From: the human T2T-CHM13v2.0 reference genome, Homo sapiens
Length of the DNA: 64,000 bases
Strand: one strand, 5' to 3'
NCBI RefSeq assembly: GCF_009914755.1
Contig: NC_060941.1
Below are positions 32,470-46,976 of the stretch, piece by piece. The notes under the pieces were generated by a model. That model made no database searches. It saw nothing but the letters and a program-made list of their open reading frames with translations, and was not told the DNA's origin. Each line of letters starts with the position of its first letter. Positions within the stretch are counted from its first letter, which is position 1. The position numbers and the translations under genes are program-made.

Positions 32470-34830
32470 GGTGTTGTCCTCACATGGCCACAGGCAAGCT
32501 CTTCTTATAATGTGACCTTGACACTTCTGCCATTGTGAGTAGGGTCCCTGTTCCCTCCCGTTGAATCTGGGCTGACTCGGGACTGTAGACCAGGTTATAA
32601 AAGGCTCTCCCCTGGATCTGCTGGGGCGTGTGCTGTGAGGAAACCCCGCAGCCATGCGGTGAGGCCCTGTGAAGGTGAGCCACCATGCAGTGATTCCAGC
32701 CCCCAGAAGACACTCACCCCCAGACTTAAGTCTTCCCAGCTGAGGCCCCCTGAGACCTGTGGCGCCCTTTCCTAATTCTTGACCATGGGACCTGTGAGCA
32801 TAATGAAATGATTGTTTTGTGCTGCTAAGTAAAGGGAGGTTTGTTAAGCAGCAGTGGATAACTTGAACATGTTTTGGAAGCTGGAGCCAGGTGTGGCCAT
32901 AATCAAATCCCAATGCCTGCAGCTCTGGCTTTGGGATGGGGTGTTGGGCAGAAGCCTCCGGGCCTCCAGGAGAGTGCTGCTGGCTGCCTGAAGGGCCTCC
33001 TAGAAGGTAATAGGGTCTAGTATTTTAGCCTGTGGGTGGCACATGATGACTGTCCCTGCTACTCTGCCAATGTGAGAAGGCACTGCAGACGGTGTCCACC
33101 ACATGGGTGCCCTGGATTTGGTCCTCAGCAGGCTGGGCTTGGCCTACTGGCTGCCTTTTGCCTACCCCGGAAGGAAAGGAGGGAACGTGTCATTGCACGC
33201 TGGAGGAAAGGGGCCCCTTGTTAGGTGGTGGTGGGAAGCCTGGTGTCATTGTTGCTGTGGGAAAGAGGAAAGTATGTGTGTATTTAATGAACTTGCTCAT
33301 CTAGTTTAGGAGATTTCCAGGCAGAAAATTCAAAGTGCCACCTGGCTTCTCCTTGGTGTAAAGGAAGAGGACTTCCTGGGTTCAAAAATAAGACTGTTTC
33401 TCATTCCCAGCCTCTTCTCCAGGCTCCTCAAGTGAAGAAAGGGCTTCCGGCAAAATGCATCTGGACTGGGCTGTGAGCTCCGTTCCTAAGGCTTCAGATT
33501 GAGATCCAAGTGCAGTGTCTGGCCTTTCAGCTGGAGGAGAGGCCTGCAGATTCTTGCATTAAATCCCGTCTGGCCTCTAAGAGTCCAAAGGGCGTTGTCA
33601 TGCCACAGCCTCTTCTGGGAGCCCAGGAGGTAAAGGGCTTGTCTCTTTATGGGTGTGGCTTGTCTAATGGAGGAGATTATGAGTTAATACACAAAAAGGC
33701 CACCAAGTGTTTTTAAAGAAATTATGTGTCTGCCTGGACTGAAAGGAGCAGAGGCAATACAAAATGAAAATAAGTCTTTGGGCCCCCAGACTTCTGTGAG
33801 GAGGAAGCAGGCTGTGAAAATCACCCAGCTGTAAATGTGGGGTACTTTTCATGGAAAATGAAGTATATCTGAGAAGGCGGAGCTGAGATCCCAGAAAACA
33901 AGCCCCAGGTACCAGGACAGAGCCCTGATGGAGGTGCTGGCGCTGTGTGCCTGCCTCGAGTGGCTGTCCTGGGTGGGACATTGTGTGTGGGGTGTGGGTG
34001 TGTCTGGGTCAGCTCTTTAGACCTGGATTGGGAAGAACGGGGATGGAAGAGGGGTGGACTTGAGGAACTGCATGTTCCTGCACACAGGCTTCTCAGCTGG
34101 GCAGGGTTTAGGTGACGAGACCCCAGACTTCAAGCTGATAGCAGTAATCGGACAGGCCTTGGGGGCCCTGGGGAGGTGTCAGGTTCATTTTGCATGTGGG
34201 AGGATGTGACGTGTGGTGGCCAGAGGATGGACAGTGGCAGATCGTATTTTCCAGAGATGACCGCAGCAGCATCTCCCGCCGCACGTGCCCTCTCTGCAGT
34301 GTAACTGTGAAACGCCTCCCAAGATGACCGCAGCAGCGTCTCCCGCCGCACGTGCCCTCTCTGCAGTGTAACTGTGAAACGCCTCCCATTGAGAGGCGAA
34401 GTTGCTGTTCTTTCCCTTGGATCTGGATGGGCTGTGACTGGATGGGAAATGGCGCTCTTGGCTGGTGTGCTGAGGACGACATACCGTTCACCTGGTTCTC
34501 TCAGAACCCAAGACCAGCCCCATCGGAGAGGCTGCCAGAGGAGGCCATGGGAGGAGGTGGTTTCTCATTAACAGCGACCACCACTGTCAGCCGCCAGATG
34601 TGTGAGTGGTGAAGCTTCTGGTGGTGCCAGTGCCAGCCACTGAGCCATCACCGGCCTTTGCATCTTGCCTGCTGAGGACCCGGACATTGTGGAGCAGAGA
34701 CAGGGTGTCCCCTCCCTTCCCTTCCTGAATTCCTGCCCCTGCAGGAAGGAGAAAATGATTGCTGGCCATCACTGAGGGTTGGGGACCTGGCTGTGCAGCC
34801 GCAGCGCCGGCGGGCCGCTCTCCCACATCT
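32470..34830. mobile_element. Cluster of old MaLR (MLT1) LTR/internal fragments
   Basis: LTR-like ends (gttaagcagcagtggataact ~32860; gtggcagatcgtattttccagagatg at ~34234); boundaries and subfamilies unresolved. Confidence 0.5.
34255..34388. repeat. 67-bp tandem duplication (2 copies, 1 mismatch)
   Basis: agatgaccgcagcagc[a/g]tctcccgccgcacgtgccctctctgcagtgtaactgtgaaacgcctccca at 34255 and 34322. Confidence 0.93.
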
Positions 34831-34975
34831 CAGGGGCACGCAGGTTCCGTGCCAGGGATGGCTGGTCAGGCCCCGCAGATGGGCAGAACTTCTCATCCCA
34901 CACATCCCAGCCTTCTTTAAACTTCCCTGGCAGATTATTTTATGGTTTTGCTGCTGTTGGTGAAGATGGTTCAGT

Positions 34976-34976
<1 letters not shown>

Positions 34977-35011
<35 letters not shown>

Positions 35012-35904
35012 TTTTTTTATTGATAATTCTTGGGTGTTTCTCACAGAGGGGGATTTGGCAGGGTCATGGGACAATAGTGGAGGGAAGGTCAGCAGATAAA
35101 CAAGTGAACAAAGGTCTCTGGTTTTCCTAGGCAGAGGACCCTGCGGCCTTCCGCAGTGTTTGTGTCCCTGATTACTTGAGATTAGGGATTGGTGATGACT
35201 CTTAACGAGCATGCTGCCTTCAAGCATCTGTTTAACAAAGCACATCTTGCACCGCCCTTAATCCATTTAACCCTGAGTGGACACAGCACATGTTTCAGAG
35301 AGCACAGGGTTGGGGGTAAGGTCACAGATCAACAGGATCCCAAGGCAGAGGAATTTTTCTTAGTGCAGAACAAAATGAAAAGTCTCCCATGTCTACTTCT
35401 TTCTACACAGACACGGCAACCATCCGATTTCTCAATCTTTTCCCCACCTTTCCCGCCTTTCTATTCCACAAAGCCGCCATTGTCATCCTGGCCCGTTCTC
35501 AATGAGCTGTTGGGCACACCTCCCAGACGGGGTGGTGGCCGGACAGAGGGGCTCCTCACTTCCCAGTAGGGGCGGCCGGGCAGAGGCGCCCCTCACCTCC
35601 TGGGCAGGGCGGCTGGCCAGGCGGGGGGCTGACCCCCCCACCTCCCTCCCGGACGGGGCGGCTGGCCGGTCGGGGGGCTGACCCCCCACCTCCCTCCCGG
35701 ACGGGGCGGCTGGCCAGGCAGAGGGGCTCCTCACTTCCCAGTAGGGGCGGCCGGGCAGAGGCGCCCCTCACCTCCCGGACGGGGCGGCTGGCTGGGCAGG
35801 GGGGCTGACCCCCCCACCTCCCTCCCGGACGGGGCGGCTGGCCAGGCGGGGGGCTGACCCCCCCACCTCCCTCGCGGACAGGGCGGCTGGCCGGGCAGAG
35901 GGGC
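34977..35904 (-). mobile_element. 5'-truncated SVA retrotransposon (part of VNTR + SINE-R + poly(A)), probably young (SVA_E/F-like)
   Basis: T-tract 34977-35004, SINE-R ~35005-35500 (gataattcttgggtgtttctcacagagggggatttggcagggtc...), GC-rich VNTR ~35500-35904; no Alu-like domain or CCCTCT hexamer; TSD tggttcagt at 34967-34975 and 35905-35913. Confidence 0.94.
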
Positions 35905-35911
35905 TGGTTCA

Positions 35912-36387
35912 GTTTTCTTTTCTTTTTTTTTGGTGGGGGGGAGTTTTATAACTTTATTTGATGTATTTGATGATCAGCGATTAGTTCTCATCCACATTGA
36001 CTGTCTGTAGATTTTTGAACATGGTAACAGGTACATAGGTAACCAAAGTATAGAACTTATTTGGTGAATCTTCATCCTCATTACATTTTCTGGATAACCA
36101 CGCACGGATGCGGTAGGGGACATTCCTTATTCCTTTGGCCCAGACAGCTTTGTTGAGCCTGGTGTCAATGCACACATCTGGAGTTGCCATCTCCTTCATG
36201 TCAAATTTCCGAATCTCTCTGAGTGCCCAAGGGGCACGCTTCATGAAGCCCACTCCGTGGACGCGCTGGTGAATGTTGATGGTGTCTTCTCGGGTCACCA
36301 CCTCGCTGATTGCAGAATGGCCGTTTTTCTTCTCGCCATCCTTTTCTGCGGGAGCCATTCTGCCGGGTCCAAGTTGGAAAGGAAAAG
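35912..36387 (-). pseudogene. RPL31 (eL31) processed pseudogene; ORF 36358..35981, 125 aa, no stop or frameshift
   Basis: [11 protein letters not shown]...[10 protein letters not shown] is collinear with RPL31, intronless; pyrimidine-rich TOP-type 5' leader (36359-36387), AATAAA at 35958-35953, A-rich tail ~35931-35912, degenerate TSDs. Confidence 0.95.
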
Positions 36388-36941
36388 GACAGTTGAGTTT
36401 TCTTGGGTTGTCCATTGGATGATCATCCCAGATGGGTTCTTTGTACTTCTCGTGTTCACATGGTTTAGGGATGTTTTTCTGATGAGTGGTGGAAAGTAGG
36501 AACTATTCATGGTGGCTGGATTTGGCGCCTGTCTCCCTCATCATGCTGTTTATTTTTGTCATGAAAAACATCTTTATCAATAAGATTAATCTCACTTTTA
36601 CCCAGACAATGTAACCTGTAGACTTCGTTGAGTAAAATTGGAAATAATTTTAAATCTAATTTATCTTGTTGTCAAACCAAGAGAAACCTATCAAGAAACC
36701 GCTAAAGCAGTGAGAGCTCAGAATGAGGAGGTCGTGGCATAAAAGGTGATTTTTCTGGGAGCTTCACATCTAGGCGATGGTCTAATTTGTACTAAGTGCG
36801 AACACGCATTGAATTCAGGGAACTGGGAAAGCACGCGTGTTTGACCCTGCGCGCTTTGCAAGAAGCTCGTGGGGGTTGGTGCATCCTTTGAAGGGTTAAG
36901 GGAACGAGGGGTGAAAAGTTGATTATTGTTTGGTTGTGCAA

Positions 36942-37493
36942 ATGTGGTGCTGGGTGGAGTCCCCAAGACCACTTCCTGCTTCGAGGATTTACTGGGAGTA
37001 CTCACAGGACTCAGGATCTAATACTCATGGGCATGATTTATTACAGTAGAAAGATAACGAAGCAAAACCAGCTAGGCGAAAGGGTGCATGGGGTGAGGTC
37101 TGAAGGGAACCAGGCACAAGTTTCTGAAAGCCCCGCCCCCATGGAGGCTCACAGGAGGGGCTAATTTCCCCCAGAACAAGGTAGACCAATACAAGGTAGT
37201 GAAATGTTGCCAGCCAAAGAAGCGCATCCGAGACTTAGCCCCCAGGGTTTTTACTGGAGGCTGGTGACAGGTAGCCTTTGCCAAAATCCCAGCCTTCTGG
37301 CAGGAAAGCAGGCATTCAGCATAAACCATATTGTTGGAAAACAGTTGAGGCACAGCGAACCCCACTTACTAGTTAGGGTGGTGGGAATCCTCCAGAAATC
37401 CAAGTCCGCAGACCCCAGCCACGGGCCACCCCTGTAAGCAGGGCTTTGAAAGGAGGGCTGCTGGGGCCTGCTTTCTTAACCCTCTTCTGCACA
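36942..37493. mobile_element. ERVL-type LTR (MER77/MER21-like)
   Basis: gtccccaagaccac...ctcacaggactcag...gatttattacag...aaccaggcacaag...ttctgcaca resembles recalled consensus; subfamily uncertain. Confidence 0.6.
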
Positions 37494-37995
37494 GATACCA
37501 ACTTATCCTTTCCTTTCTGATTAATGTCTCTCAAACACAGACGGGGGAATAAAAACCTGAAAACAAGCGAATATTGACATGTACATCACCACTTTCAATC
37601 AGCTATTTTCAACCAAGTGCTGAAGTATAATACAGTTGTAGTCACAAAGGGGAAGTAGCAGGTATGTTGCAAGAAAAAACTTATTAGAATTGTATGTTAA
37701 CTTGGATAGAAACAGAACTTTTCTGAGCTTATGTGCTGTGCAGATACAGAATGCTGGCAGAGTTACTTCTGTGAGAACATCATTGAATTACAATTAAATA
37801 TTAAGTACCTATAAAATATCTTTGCATTACAAAAGTGGTTAAAGTAACTTTCTCAGTCTTCATAAATGTAGATAGTATCTTTGGACAAAATAATGAGTTA
37901 GTCTTTTGATGGAACAGGAGAAGCAGGAGAAAATTGTTCCAGGAGCAGGGTTGCTGACGATGCTGTCCCTGTTGGTCCAGAAGGTAAAATCCTCC

Positions 37996-38349
37996 TGTAT
38001 TAGTCTGTTCTCACGCCGCTAATAAAGACATACCAGAGACAGGGTAATTTATAAAGGAAAGAGGTTTAATGGAATCACAGTTCCTCATGGCTGGGGAGGC
38101 CTCACAATCATGGCAGAAGGTGAATGAGGAGCAAAGTCGCGTCTCACATGGTGGCAGGCAAGAGAGCTTGTGTAGGGGAACTCCCCTTTATAAAAACATC
38201 AGATCTTGTGAGACTTATTCACCATCATGAGAACAGCACAGGAAAGATCCATCCGCGCGATTCAATTACCTCCCACCAGGCCCCTCCCACGACACGTGGA
38301 AATTATGGGAGCTACAATTCAAGATGAGAACACAGAGCCAAGTCATATC
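37996..38349 (-). mobile_element. THE1 (THE1B/C-like) MaLR solo LTR
   Basis: tgtattagtctgttctcacgccgctaataaagacatacc...ggagctacaattcaagatgag matches recalled THE1 LTR reverse complement. Confidence 0.88.
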
Positions 38350-39393
38350 TTTTTTTTTTTTCCCCTTTTTTTTTTGAGAGGGTGGGTCTTATTATGTTGC
38401 CCAGCTGGTCTTTAGCTCCTGGGCTCATGTGATCCTCTTGCCTCGTCCTCCCAAAGTGCTGGGATTATAGGTGGGAGCCACCACACCTGGCTGATTTTCT
38501 CTTATGGGTTGGAGTAAGGTATGGCCAAGATGGTTAAGACGATCCATGTCCTGTGGGATGGCCCATGTTTCACCAGCACTCAGATGCCCTGGGGCTCGGG
38601 GCTTATGGGCAGTTTTGCTAATTCTCAAAGTTAAGTTTTCAGCTGGGTGAAGAAGGAAGAAAGGCTGTTTCGTTGAACTCAGTGTTGAGGAGAGCAGTGA
38701 CTGACAGCAGTGGATGTGCTCTCATCCTCCTGCTTTTACTGGGAGAGGGGCTTTGTGATGGCAGGTGTATAACCTCTCAGGTTTTATTTCTTTTACATTA
38801 AGAAAAAAGAAGGTGGGGAGGTGGTGGGTGACAGAGCAGGTGATACGTGAGAGTCAGTGAAAATGCACTGCTGGGAGCTAGAGAGCCTGCGCAGGGTTTT
38901 TCCGTTACTGTGTCCGTGATGAGTTGAGGAAACCGTGTCTCAGTTCTGGACCATGGCCGAGAGGAAGTGCATAGTCTTAAGTCTCTTATCTAGTGATCAT
39001 CAACACAAATGGGGCATACCGGCTGCAAAACAGAGTTGGGTACCAGTGAGGCCTAGACCACCTGGGCGTTTCTCTTCCAGAGCTACAGTTCCTAGGTGTA
39101 AAATAGAGCTGGTGATATACACCTTGCCAGGTTATTTGAAAATGCAAAGCACCCAGCACAGTGCCTGACACATGGGAGGCAGTCACAGACCCATCTGTGC
39201 TCAGTTGCTCATGACGAATGCCCGTTATGTCTCAGGCACGGACTAGCTGTGCAGTAAGAGGGAGCTCTGAGTCAGACGGAGGGTGGATTTGCTCTTTGGG
39301 CACTGGTGTAGCTCTGGATCTGATTGTCCTTCATTATCTAGGTTTTGGAAATGTGAGTCATTATGTAAAGCTTGAGGTGTTGGTAGGTGCTAG

Positions 39394-39742
<349 letters not shown>

Positions 39743-42700
39743 TTTTTTTTTTTTTTTTTTGAGACAGGGCTTTCTGAGACTCCAGGAGTGGTCTATCATG
39801 CCCTGCTAATTTTTTTATTTTTTGTTTCTTTTAGAGATGAGTGTTATGTTGCCCAGGCTGGTCTGGAACTCCTGGTACCAGTAAACTTTTTAGGAGGTTT
39901 CCGTTAGCTTTTGAAAATTTTTTACCTGATCTTTAAAAATGAATGCAGTTGTGTAGCAATTTTTAAAGTGATTGACAGTTTTTTCCCACCCTACCTTTTC
40001 TTGATTGAAGCAGTTGATTAAGGATTTTGGGAGTGGTCCTATTGTTTCTTGTATTTTTCTGATTTTTGTTTTAGTGATGACACTGTGGGAAATCATTTGT
40101 CAGGGGCAAATTTCAATCTTCTGTCTGAATGGATCTGTCTACTTATCTGTCCATTTATTTGTTCACTACTGTTTACCTGTCTGTCCAACCACCTACCTAC
40201 CCTTCCGTCTGGCCATCCATCCATCCATCCATCCATCCATTAAAGTTCTTTTTGGGGGTGTGAGTATCCGTTTAATTGCACTGCATATCTACCTACAAGT
40301 CATACCTCTTAGCAATCAGCAGGCAATGAATCGGGCCATTCCCTGGTTGAAATTCAACTTGAGATTTCTAGAGGGAGCTACTCAGGTTAAGGATGCATTA
40401 TCTAACAAGAAAAATGAATCTACAGTAGGTCGTATTACAGATGCAGCACATGAAGGCGCCCACACATTACTTCTTAGCAGCTGAGTGTGAGGTGCATGCA
40501 TGTGAGGCTCAGACCCCACGGTCTTAGGGCATCCTTCAACTTTTTTTTTTGAAGAGGAGTCTCACTCTGTCTCCCAGACTGGTCTTGAACGCCCCCCTTG
40601 CCTCAAGTGATCTTCCTGTGTCAGCCTCCTAAAGTGCTGGGATTATAGGCGTGAGCCACCGCGCCCAGCTTTCTTCAACCTGAAAACTATTTAAACATTT
40701 TATTACTCTGTAGCTGTTGGCAGTACCAGATTTTATTTACAACTGAAGGTAGTTTTGGATCTAAAACCACAGTTTTGGTAATGTTCAAAAAATGGATCAT
40801 TTAGTGGTTTTAATGTCATGTATCAATCGTTTTCAGAGTATCTTTTATATTGCTCTTCTGTATATGTTAGCTTACTAGTTGATTAGTGTTTCTGTAACCT
40901 GTCCTGCTTTCTAATCTAGCCACTAAGTGGTTGGATCAGGATTTATACTCAGCTATGCCTCCTTTAAAACTGATGTTTTGTCCCTCATCTCCCTAAAGTT
41001 TTTAATGGCATATATGTGTATATATGCCATTTATATATATATATATATATAATTATTTTTAAGTTCATTTTGCTTTTATATCTCCCCGATTTTTTGACAT
41101 TGTTTGTTTAGAGAAATTTGGCCACAGTTTTTAGCACTGGGTGCTGCAGGATGAGGGCTGGACCTGCTGCTTGGAGCTGCAGTCCTCATCAGGTACCTGC
41201 TCGTTGTACCACCTGCACCACCACCCACATGCTCCCCAATTTTTTAAAGTTAATTAAACCCCGTACTGAAGGTAAAAATATGTATACATAATTTTTATTA
41301 TAATGCTACTTAAACATATAAAACCCAAGGCTAGGCATAAATTCCTTATGGTTAGAGGAATTTTGTGCAGCTGTAAATCCCAAACATACAAATTCAGTCC
41401 AACTACAAAGGCAGTAAATGAACACAATTAATTTAATGTGACAAAAGGATGTAGTTTTGCTGACGGTGTATTGCTAATGTTGGGTTTCATGATACAGTGT
41501 ATTTGTATTTAAGATTTTTGCTTGCTGTCACTTAATTCTTTTGATTTTGAGAGTGATAGACTCTCTCATTTTTCAGTTTACTGAGCAGGGTTCCCCCACT
41601 CCTGCCACCTGCCCCTGCCCGACGGCGCAGCACAGTGACAGCGACTTTTCTTGTGTCCATCTCCCACTTTGTTCAAATGGCAGCAAATAGGAATTTATGA
41701 TCTCATTTCCCTCCTTTCCTTAGGAGAAAAGTAATATTCTATATGCATTATTCTGCAATTTTCTTTTTTCATATAACAGAATATTCTCGAGGTCTTCCCT
41801 ATGAGTGCATGGAAAACTTTGTGGGCCATCATTGGAGTTGCCGTCTTTACAGCCGTTGTTTTTTCTAACAATGTATACTCTAATCTCATTAGAGGTTTGT
41901 CACCGATAATCCAGATTACGTCTTCTTTGGCCCTCAAACAACCCTCTGAAGTAGGTGGCGGTGGGGGTATCAGGAAGAGAAGAAACTGAGATTCAGAGAG
42001 GTTAACGGACGTGACTGAGGCGACAGATGGAAGTGTGTGGGGACGTGGCCCACCCTAGGTCTGTGTGCCTAGACAAAGGCTGGGTGCATTGCTGCCTTCT
42101 CAGGGCCACTGCCGCCTGCTGAGTCCAGCATGTTCGGGGCACTTTCCCCCCTTCTTGGTGATGGTGCGCTGAGGCCCACCCGCAGTAGCTGACCGTGTTG
42201 GTCTTGACCGTGTTGGTCTTCAGAGTCCTTTGGTGTTTATTGAGTGCCCTTGGGCAGATGCGGGAACAGGTGCTTCTGCGCGTGGTTCAGATGGAACCGC
42301 TATAGTCTGCAGATAACTGAGCACGAAGCTGAGGGTGGTCAGACGCCTATTAGTCGCAAAATTTGCTGACCCAATGTGAGAGTCGGGAATGAACAATGCC
42401 TTTTACTGACCTAGGAGGTGTTACAATGACAAGAAGAAGTCAGAGTGGGCAGGAGGCACTAGGCCAGGAGAGGAGAGAGTTGGGAGGAGGAAGTGGCCAT
42501 GCTGCAGGTGCCCTAACAGATCCAGGGAAGCATGGAGAGCACAGCGCGACCCGTGTGGAGAGGGCATCACTAGCCTGCCTCGGGCTGCAGGGGGCGGGGA
42601 GCACATGCGGCGTGCAGACCTTTCCTTAGGTTTGTGCTGGGTGCTCTGCTCTCAGGCCCACAGAATTCTGCACTGTGAGCAGCGCAGGTCGGAAGAGGCA

Positions 42701-42894
42701 TTTGGAAATGACACGCTCTGTCCAGGAACTGCAGTAAACGTTCTAGCTGTTAATATTCTTCCTTCTGGCAGATGGTGGGTTTCACACTGAGTTAAGTAGC
42801 TTCACGACTGCTAGTGGCTGGAAGCTTCCAGATTAGTAGTTTAAGCCAGAAAACAATGTTGATACGTCTTGAGATGTGTATAAATCATTTGATT

Positions 42895-43204
42895 TGGCTG
42901 GGCAGGGTGGCTCACACCTGTAATCCCAGCATTTTGGGAGGCTGAGGTGGGCAGATTATTTGAAGTCATAGTTCGAGACCAGCCTGGCCAACATGGTGAA
43001 ACCCCATCTCTACTAAAAATAGAAAAATTAGCCGGGCATGATGGCGCACGCCTGTAATTCCGGCTACTCAGGAGGCTGAGGCATGAGAATCGCTTGAACC
43101 CAGGAGGTGGAGGTTGCAGTGAGCTGAGATTGCACTGCTGCACTCCAGCCTGGGCGACAGAGCGAGATTCTGTCTCAAAAAAAAAAAAAAGTTTAAGGTG
43201 TTGG

Positions 43205-43240
<36 letters not shown>
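42895..43240 (+). mobile_element. AluSx-like followed by (GT)n (43207-43240)
   Basis: Sense Alu consensus, poly(A), dinucleotide run. Confidence 0.9.
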
Positions 43241-43242
<2 letters not shown>

Positions 43243-44687
43243 AGAGAGCCATTGTAGGCTACATGCATGTGGTAATAGACTTTAAAGGGTAAATGGAAAA
43301 TGGTAGCTTACAACTGACATTTAGCCAATTGAAAAGTGTAGGCCAGGGTGTAGATAGCACATTCCCCTGCAGTGCCTGCTGGGTCCTGGAACGAGGCCTT
43401 CCAGCAAGTCGGTTCTCACGTCAAGGGCATGTCCTGAGGGTTATGGGGCCTTGGCCATCAGGGAGAGAATAAGGTTTTCTCATTTTCGACTTCAACTAAT
43501 GGTCATAGAGTTGCTTTTCTTTTCATTTATTGGTTTACTGTCCTTTCCTCATCCTCCTCTATCTCTGCGTCCTCCTTTATCTCCAGCTCTTCTCCTCCTC
43601 CTCTTTCTCTTCCTCCTTCTCCTTCTCCTTCCCTCCTTGCATTTGTTCATCTTTACCACATTCATTATACACCCAGCAAAATGTGAAACCTTTCATTTCC
43701 TGTTCCTGGTACATGCAGCAAAAGCTTGATTATACAACATTATGATGATATAGACAGAAAACACGTCTGAATTGTGTTCATGGAATATGTAGCATTCCCA
43801 TGGTTGTCAATTACTGTAGCTCATTACGGTGAGCAAGTATGTCTTGTTAGTAAGAAGGTTCAGGGAGTTGAGATGACGGGGCTGAGATGCTGCCTGCTGT
43901 CTCCATGGTATGGGCAGGTAATGGTGCAGGGGGCGTTTATGAACTGGTGTGGAGGTGCCTAATAGGGACCCTGTGCTTGAGGAAAGGGCAGAAGGCTGAT
44001 GGCCTCGTGGCTGTACTCCCGGGTGCTTCTTGCTGGGCGGCTCTCACTGAGTGGGAGTGAATGGGAAGGGAAACTTCCTGATGTGATCCTTCAGCTGAAC
44101 CTAGGGATGATCTCCACGACAGTAGACCCTGAGGAGCACCCCGTGCCACCCACCAGGAGAAGCCCAGAGGAAGTGATACCCTCCCTGACTTGTTAGAGTG
44201 CTTCTCTTGAAGGAAAGAAAACCCAGAAAGTTCTTTTTGACTTCTGTCGTACTGAAGGTATCATCATCTTAGACACCAATTTAGCATGAAGGGAAGATAA
44301 TGTGTCAGACACTTGAATATTGTTGCACGTCTGCTTTTCCAACTGAATTTTCGAGTGCAGATATATGTGCAGTCTGTTTAATATAATGGGTTTTCGATCT
44401 TGTCCTTTCTTGGAAAGTAAAATGCTTTTTATTACCTGGAAACTAATTTCAAGCAATAGATTGCATTTTTCCTGGGAGTCTTGTGGTCAGTTTTGTTTTT
44501 CCAATGCAGATTGCCTCCAAATCTTTATTTTGAAAACTTTTCACACAATTGGAAGACCTGAAAGAATGGTACCATGAACACCTCACACTCACCACTTTGA
44601 CACAAGGCTTGTTTGCATTTTGTCGTATTTGCTCTTTCTGTCACACTTTTGTTTGTTTTTGAATCATTTGAAAGTAAGTAGCACATG

Positions 44688-46417
<1,730 letters not shown>

Positions 46418-46976
46418 TCAAAGTCCATAGTCCGTCAGCATCAGCGTCTGTCCACAGAGCCAGGGTCCCCCCTTGGATGCATCTCCTGTAAGATGAAGGC
46501 CCCCCTGCCCTGGTGTGATGTGTGGCCTTCAGTGATCATCATCATCCTGTCCGAGAGTCCTGCTGGCTCTGCTTGGAGAACCTGGCCACTTTCCTGCCTC
46601 TGCTCCTGGCAGCCTCCGTGGCCCGTCACTTCTTGTTTGCCTGTGAATTCTCTCTCCAGACTCGAGTGACACTTTGCCTTGCAAAGCTTTCCCCAGTGCT
46701 GTCAGACAGGGTTAGTTCTAAGTCTTTCCTGGGAGATCTGTGGCACTCTGGGCATTTCTGGAAGGAAACTTATGTGTGTCTCTTGTCCCTGGAAGGGACA
46801 GGGCACATCTTGTTCATCAGGGCACCGCAGCCCCAGGACCTGACTCTGATGCCACAAGCATTTAATGAAGACGTTCAAAGTGAACATTCAGAATCTCTGT
46901 CTCTTCATACTTCTTTTCTTGTGCTTATATTTAGTATGTAGTAACATTCATATATGGACACTTTCAAGAACTAACA

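Noticed and set aside
34977-36387. Single chimeric RPL31-SVA retrotranscript (5' transduction)
   Set aside because: The SVA has its own TSD, the RPL31 copy has its own poly(A) and an older degenerate TSD, and their divergence levels differ.
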